From contig JAYTHY010000124.1 of NCBI GenBank assembly GCA_043732185.1, forward strand, positions 1 to 20,822: DNA of 20,822 nucleotides, given 5' to 3'. The position numbers and the translations under genes are program-made. Source of the DNA: Fibrobacteria bacterium. GTDB lineage: Bacteria; Fibrobacterota; Fibrobacteria; UBA11236. The notes beneath the pieces were generated by a model. The model saw only the letters and a program-made list of their open reading frames with translations, was not told the origin of the DNA and did no database searches. Below are positions 16,532 through 20,822 of the stretch, one piece after another. The stretch's first letter is position 1, and every line of letters begins with the position of its first letter.

Positions 16532-17647
16532 TCACGGCCGAGTCTCCTCGTCTAAATCCTGAGATAATTCCGCCTCGATTTCTTCAATACTCGGAAGGGA
16601 GCTTTTCAGGTCATCGGGCAGAGACTGCTGAATTTCCTTCTCCCAATTTGCTACTCCAATAGGATTACCAAATCCAGCAAGGGAATATTCTACTACCATC
16701 TTGTTTTTTGATTTGACGAGTAAAAGGCCGATGGTTGGCTTGTCATCCGGGTGTCGCATCAAATCATTCACAACATTGCAATACATGTTCAGTTGGCTCA
16801 CATGCCCTGGTTTAAAGTGGCCAGACTTCAACTCTACTACCACAAAACAGCGGAGTTTGAGGTGATAGAAAAGCAGGTCCAGCGAAAAATTGCTCCCACC
16901 TACTTCCATGAGTACCTGACGACCTACAAAGGCAAAACCTTGCCCCAATTCCAATAGGAATTTCTGAACATGGTCTATCAATTTTTGTTCAAGCTCCGCC
17001 TCACGTCGGGTATCCGCTGTCCCTAGGAAATCAAAAACATAAGGATCCTTAAATGCCTGGGCGGTCATGTCCGATTCCAAGGGGGGCAAGGTCGTTTTGA
17101 AATTGGTCAGCGCCGCCCCAGCTCGTTGATGCAACCGGCTTTCAATTTGATGGACTAACATGTCTTTGCCCAAACCCAGTTCTAGGGCTTTTTGCGCATA
17201 CCAGAGCCGGGTTTCGGGATCCTCAAGCCGGTCCAATAAGGTGATATTACTACGCCAGGGCAATAGTGCAACGGTGCGTTGCACTATTACAGGGTCGGGC
17301 CAGGCTTCGGCGAATTTCCGCATATATTTAAGGTTTCGTGGGGAAAACCCATGCATCTGAGGAAAGGCTTGACGCAAATCATAGGAAAGTCGGTCGATCA
17401 CCTTTGCTCCCCAACCCTCTTGCTTTTGCCTCTGAAGGATTTCGTTTCCAAAATCCCAATACATTAGAATCATTGCTGTACTTGCAGACAAAACGGCTTT
17501 TAGCCGCTCCTTGGCAATGCGCTCTTTTAAATTTTCCAAAAGGAGAACATAGCCGTCAGGTAATGCCAAGGTTGGCATTGGGGCTGGCAAAATAACTTCC
17601 GGTTTTGATCGGCCAAGGTGGTGGCGCTCATGCTTCTTTTTGTTCAT
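16532..17647 (-). CDS. DUF1016 / YhcG family PD-(D/E)xK nuclease-domain protein
   Basis: YWDFG..I...Q...GWGAKVIDRLS.DL, GFSPRNLKYMRKFA, KDPYVFDFL, FLLELGQGFAFVGRQ, DLLFYHLKLRCFVVVELK; ATG 17647 overlaps the hsdM stop (ATGA). Confidence 0.94.
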   Translation of the reverse strand: MNKKKHERHHLGRSKPEVILPAPMPTLALPDGYVLLLENLKERIAKERLKAVLSASTAMILMYWDFGNEILQRQKQEGWGAKVIDRLSYDLRQAFPQMHGFSPRNLKYMRKFAEAWPDPVIVQRTVALLPWRSNITLLDRLEDPETRLWYAQKALELGLGKDMLVHQIESRLHQRAGAALTNFKTTLPPLESDMTAQAFKDPYVFDFLGTADTRREAELEQKLIDHVQKFLLELGQGFAFVGRQVLMEVGGSNFSLDLLFYHLKLRCFVVVELKSGHFKPGHVSQLNMYCNVVNDLMRHPDDKPTIGLLLVKSKNKMVVEYSLAGFGNPIGVANWEKEIQQSLPDDLKSSLPSIEEIEAELSQDLDEETRP

Positions 17648-20106
17648 ACCGTGAACCCCATCTTCTCCAGATGCCCGGCCACCCGCTTTTCCAACTCCTC
17701 CACCTGACTCAGCACCTGCGGCAACGGCGTCCCATACCGCTCCGCCAATTCCCGCACGCGCCCGGTCAAAGCCTGCGACACGCGATCCAATTCCGATTGC
17801 ACCGAAGCCCCCAAGGTGGCCAACCATTTGTCCTCGACCACCAAGGCCTTGATATCCGCTTCGCTCAACTTACCGTATTGCGCCGCCACCTTTTCTTCCA
17901 AGGCATTCTGTGCTGCTTTGACTTTCTTAGAGGCCGTGGCCGCCTGCTCGACCAAATCAAGATACGCTTCCAGCACCTTGCGTTCATCTGCCGCCGTCTT
18001 ATCCGTCTTGATCGTTTTCAATCGCGCGGCCATGGAGCCTTTGGCGATCTTGCCCTCCTCGATCACTTCCGCCATCAGACCCTCATCGCCACCATGCTCT
18101 TCCTTAAGCTCTTCCAACTTTTGATTGAGGCCGGCTGCTTCCGCTTCCAGTCCTTCAATAGCCGCAGCCTCATTCGCAAAATACCGGGCGACTAACAAGG
18201 GCATGGGAATCAGTTCCGCTTTGTACTTGAGTTTGCCGATGGTGTAGTCGGCCTGTTCCTTGGTTTTCTTTTCCTTATCCTCGATGATTAACCTGGGCTT
18301 GGCCGCTTCCTTCCAGCCGTCGCTGACAATCATGTACACATCATCCTGCATGGTTTCCGACCACATATCCATCAGGTGCTGGTACATATCGTATGTGTCG
18401 ATGAGCGGGGCCTCACGGAAAGTTTCCAAGAGGGATTCGGATAGGGTTTCGATCAGCGCCTTGGGCTTGCCCCCGATGGTGATGCCTTTGAGCTTGGGCA
18501 GATGCTTGCTTTTCCAGGTAGTAAACAGGGCCGTTACCCCCTGATTAAAGGTCGTGAACTCGGCATGGCCGAAGATGGCGGCCTTGACTTCGCTGATCGG
18601 CACCTTGAGCATGGCGTATTCGGGCCGGTCCGCTTTTTTCAAAATGGTGGAGCGGACGCCGGGAAAGACTTTCCAGAAGCGGTCGAGGGCGTCGATGTCG
18701 CGCCGGGGAATGCCGCCGCGCAAATGGCCGTCGATATCTTGGATATCTTCCGGTTCGGTACTGTCGATATAGCGCGGGAGGTTGAGGTTGAAATCATTGC
18801 CTTCGATTTCGGCCATGGGCACCATGCGCGAGTACCGGGGCAATTCCAATTGACGCGTGAAGGCATCGACGATGAGGTGGATGTCTTGGGCGCGCAGGCG
18901 ATTTTTATTCCCGTCTTTTAGAAAACCTTTGGAAGCGTCGATCATGAATAGGCTCTTGCGGGCGGCGGATTGTTCTTTATCCAGTACGATGATGCAGGCG
19001 GGAATGCCGGTGCCGTAAAAAAGATTGGCGGGAAGTCCAATGATGCCTTTGAAATAGCCACGACGCAATATGGTTTTGCGGATGGCAGCTTCGGCTCCAC
19101 CTCGGAAGAGTACCCCATGCGGGAGAATGACCGCGCCCTTGCCCGTGCTCTTGAGCGTAGCGAGGATATGGAGGAGAAAAGCATAGTCGCCGTTTTTATC
19201 GGGTGGGATTAAAGTCTGGTCCCCGAATTGGAAGCGTTTGAATTCATCTTCCTCGGGATTGAAACCATTGCTCCAGGCCTTGGTGGAGAAGGGCGGATTG
19301 GCAACGACGAAATCAAAGGTCTTGAGCTTTCCGTCTTTGTCTTTGAAATGCGGGGTGGAGAGGGAATTGTCTTGCCAGATTTCCGCGGAAGGGCAATCGT
19401 GCAGGATCATGTTCATCTTGGCCAAGGCCTTGGTGGCATTGTCCATTTCTTGTCCGTAGATTGTGAGGTCATGGCCCGTACTGCCTTTGGCTTCATCATG
19501 AGCCTTGAGCAAAAGCGATCCGGAACCGCAGGCAGGGTCGTGAATAGTTTGCTTGGCGCCGGTGGCCTCGCCCATGCCGATGACCTTGGCCATGATTCGC
19601 GAGACTTCCGCTGGCGTATAGAACTGGCCTTTGCTCTTGCCGGATTCGGTGGCAAAGTGGCGCATCAAATATTCATACGCGTCACCGAGGATATCATCGC
19701 CCTCGGCGCGATTGCCTTTGAAGTCCAGCGCAGGGGTATTGAAAATGCCGATGAGGTTGGAGAGGCGGTCGACCTTTTCCTTTTCCTTGCCGAGCTTGTC
19801 GCTGTCGTTGAAGTCGGCCACGTCGATGATGCCCTTGAGGTCATTGGCTTCGGCGAGTTTGCCTATGATCTTGTTGATCTTGTCGCCGATTTCCTTGTCG
19901 CCTTTGAGGGCGACCATATCCGCAAAGCTGCCGCCCTTGGGGACTTCGAGCAGGGCATCGCGCTGGCCCATGTATTTGTCGGAGACGTATTTTACGAAGA
20001 GGAGGACGAGCACGTAATCTTTGTATTGGGACGCATCCATACCGCCGCGGAGTTCGTCGCAGCTTTTCCAGAGGGAGCTGTAGAGGTCGGATTTTTTGAT
20101 GGCCAT
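17644..20106 (-). CDS. hsdM: Type I restriction-modification methyltransferase subunit M (m6A)
   Basis: LWKSCDELRGGMDASQYKDY, GQFYTP, DPACGSGSLL, VANPPF, LPHGVLFRG; 820 aa with a long C-terminal extension. Confidence 0.97.
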   Translation of the reverse strand: MAIKKSDLYSSLWKSCDELRGGMDASQYKDYVLVLLFVKYVSDKYMGQRDALLEVPKGGSFADMVALKGDKEIGDKINKIIGKLAEANDLKGIIDVADFNDSDKLGKEKEKVDRLSNLIGIFNTPALDFKGNRAEGDDILGDAYEYLMRHFATESGKSKGQFYTPAEVSRIMAKVIGMGEATGAKQTIHDPACGSGSLLLKAHDEAKGSTGHDLTIYGQEMDNATKALAKMNMILHDCPSAEIWQDNSLSTPHFKDKDGKLKTFDFVVANPPFSTKAWSNGFNPEEDEFKRFQFGDQTLIPPDKNGDYAFLLHILATLKSTGKGAVILPHGVLFRGGAEAAIRKTILRRGYFKGIIGLPANLFYGTGIPACIIVLDKEQSAARKSLFMIDASKGFLKDGNKNRLRAQDIHLIVDAFTRQLELPRYSRMVPMAEIEGNDFNLNLPRYIDSTEPEDIQDIDGHLRGGIPRRDIDALDRFWKVFPGVRSTILKKADRPEYAMLKVPISEVKAAIFGHAEFTTFNQGVTALFTTWKSKHLPKLKGITIGGKPKALIETLSESLLETFREAPLIDTYDMYQHLMDMWSETMQDDVYMIVSDGWKEAAKPRLIIEDKEKKTKEQADYTIGKLKYKAELIPMPLLVARYFANEAAAIEGLEAEAAGLNQKLEELKEEHGGDEGLMAEVIEEGKIAKGSMAARLKTIKTDKTAADERKVLEAYLDLVEQAATASKKVKAAQNALEEKVAAQYGKLSEADIKALVVEDKWLATLGASVQSELDRVSQALTGRVRELAERYGTPLPQVLSQVEELEKRVAGHLEKMGFTV

Positions 20107-20367
20107 GGGGAGGTCCTAACGCGGCTGGGGATGCATTTCAGGAAGGCCGAAAATTTAGGTTATTCGGGGGAAGTAATGAATGGGGGATTTGGACTTCCTC
20201 TGTATCCCCAAAAGGAAAGTCCTTTTTTCTAGAAAACCGATGGCACTAGTTTCAATTTTCGTCGTGGCGCATTTCCATCTGTTCACGATCGATGGAAATA
20301 AGAGAAGGCAGGAATCGAAAATCTGCTGTAGAATTTCTGACGCCACTGAATTTGTACCTTTTCCTCA

Positions 20368-20822
20368 ATGAACTTAGATCCGTTTAAATCCCTTGACGGC
20401 TTTAACCCCAAAGCCCCCGATGACATATTTACCAAGCCCAAACCTAAGTTCGGTGGCGGTGGCGGTGGCGGTGGTGGCGGAACGGGCCGACCGCGCCGAC
20501 CTGAACCTGAACCGGAGTTAGAGCCCCTTGACATTCCAGTCGAGCCCGTCGCCGCTGAGCCGGAAAAGCCCAAGCCCTCCGTCACCCTTCGCAACCCAAA
20601 ATGGGAAGTGGAAAAAGTGGGATTTAATGAGGAGACGGACATCTCCGTTGAAGTGGACCTGCCGGAAAAGATCGCCCATAGGACCAAAATTGCTTTTGAA
20701 CTTTTTGCTAAAACACCGGATGGGCCAAGTTTAATCGTAAAAGGTGAAGGGCATGCCAAGGATGGCAAGGCTATCTGTCGCATACCGGTTTACATACCCA
20801 GTTATAAGGATGCCACTGGCAA
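20368..20822 (+). CDS. 5' part of the OmpA-like / PG-binding / metallopeptidase protein, continuing across the circular junction
   Basis: Open frame from ATG 20368 (MNLDPFKSLDGFNPKAPDDIFTKPKPKFG10TGRPRRPEPEPE...CRIPVYIPSYKDATG) to the window end, in frame with position 2 onward; absent from the ORF track because it has no stop in the window. Confidence 0.88.
   Translation, partial: MNLDPFKSLDGFNPKAPDDIFTKPKPKFGGGGGGGGGGTGRPRRPEPEPELEPLDIPVEPVAAEPEKPKPSVTLRNPKWEVEKVGFNEETDISVEVDLPEKIAHRTKIAFELFAKTPDGPSLIVKGEGHAKDGKAICRIPVYIPSYKDATG
20452..20481 (+). repeat. GGN microsatellite encoding Gly10
   Basis: GGTGGCGGTGGCGGTGGCGGTGGTGGCGGA. Confidence 0.9.
20790..20822. repeat. 33-bp terminal direct repeat, right copy
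   Basis: Identical to 1-33. Confidence 0.97.

Noticed and set aside
17648..17827. 60-aa Gly-rich N-terminal extension of the 431-aa ORF
   Set aside because: Alternative frame of the hsdM 3' end; the ATGA overlap at 17644-17647 gives the more plausible start.
19228..20232. 334-aa plus-strand ORF (also 17605..18195, 15502..16041, 6732..7256)
   Set aside because: Antisense shadows of GC-rich hsdM, DUF1016 and hsdR genes; no recognisable motifs.
20283..20783. 166-aa minus-strand ORF with a poly-Pro run
   Set aside because: Antisense of the real plus-strand gene; the poly-Pro is the reverse complement of the Gly10 codons.

Overview
The first and last 33 nt of the window are identical, and an ORF starting at 20368 reads in frame through this overlap into 38..2119. 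The sequence therefore behaves as a 20,789-bp circle, although it encodes no recognisable integrase, transposase, relaxase or Rep. It has two parts. (1) A plus-strand three-gene locus: an ~846-aa protein (Gly/Pro-rich N-terminus, OmpA-like domain interrupted by a peptidoglycan-binding domain, C-terminal HExxH metallopeptidase) followed by two divergent paralogous unknown genes. This resembles an effector plus immunity pair. (2) A minus-strand type I restriction-modification defence island (hsdM, hsdS, hsdR, M48/YgjP peptidase) packed with cargo: two intact DUF1016/YhcG genes and two fragmentary ones, a SIR2-like remnant, an SDH/ClpP-fold protease with a small partner ORF, an XRE-ImmA/IrrE regulator on a palindromic bidirectional promoter, a NucS-like fragment, an amber-interrupted zinc-finger gene and a Fic protein. 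Between hsdM and hsdS, a ~22-bp copy of the hsdM 3' end recurs three times, each time in front of a DUF1016-type unit, and a multi-hairpin element precedes hsdS. All family assignments come from motif recognition by eye, not database searches.
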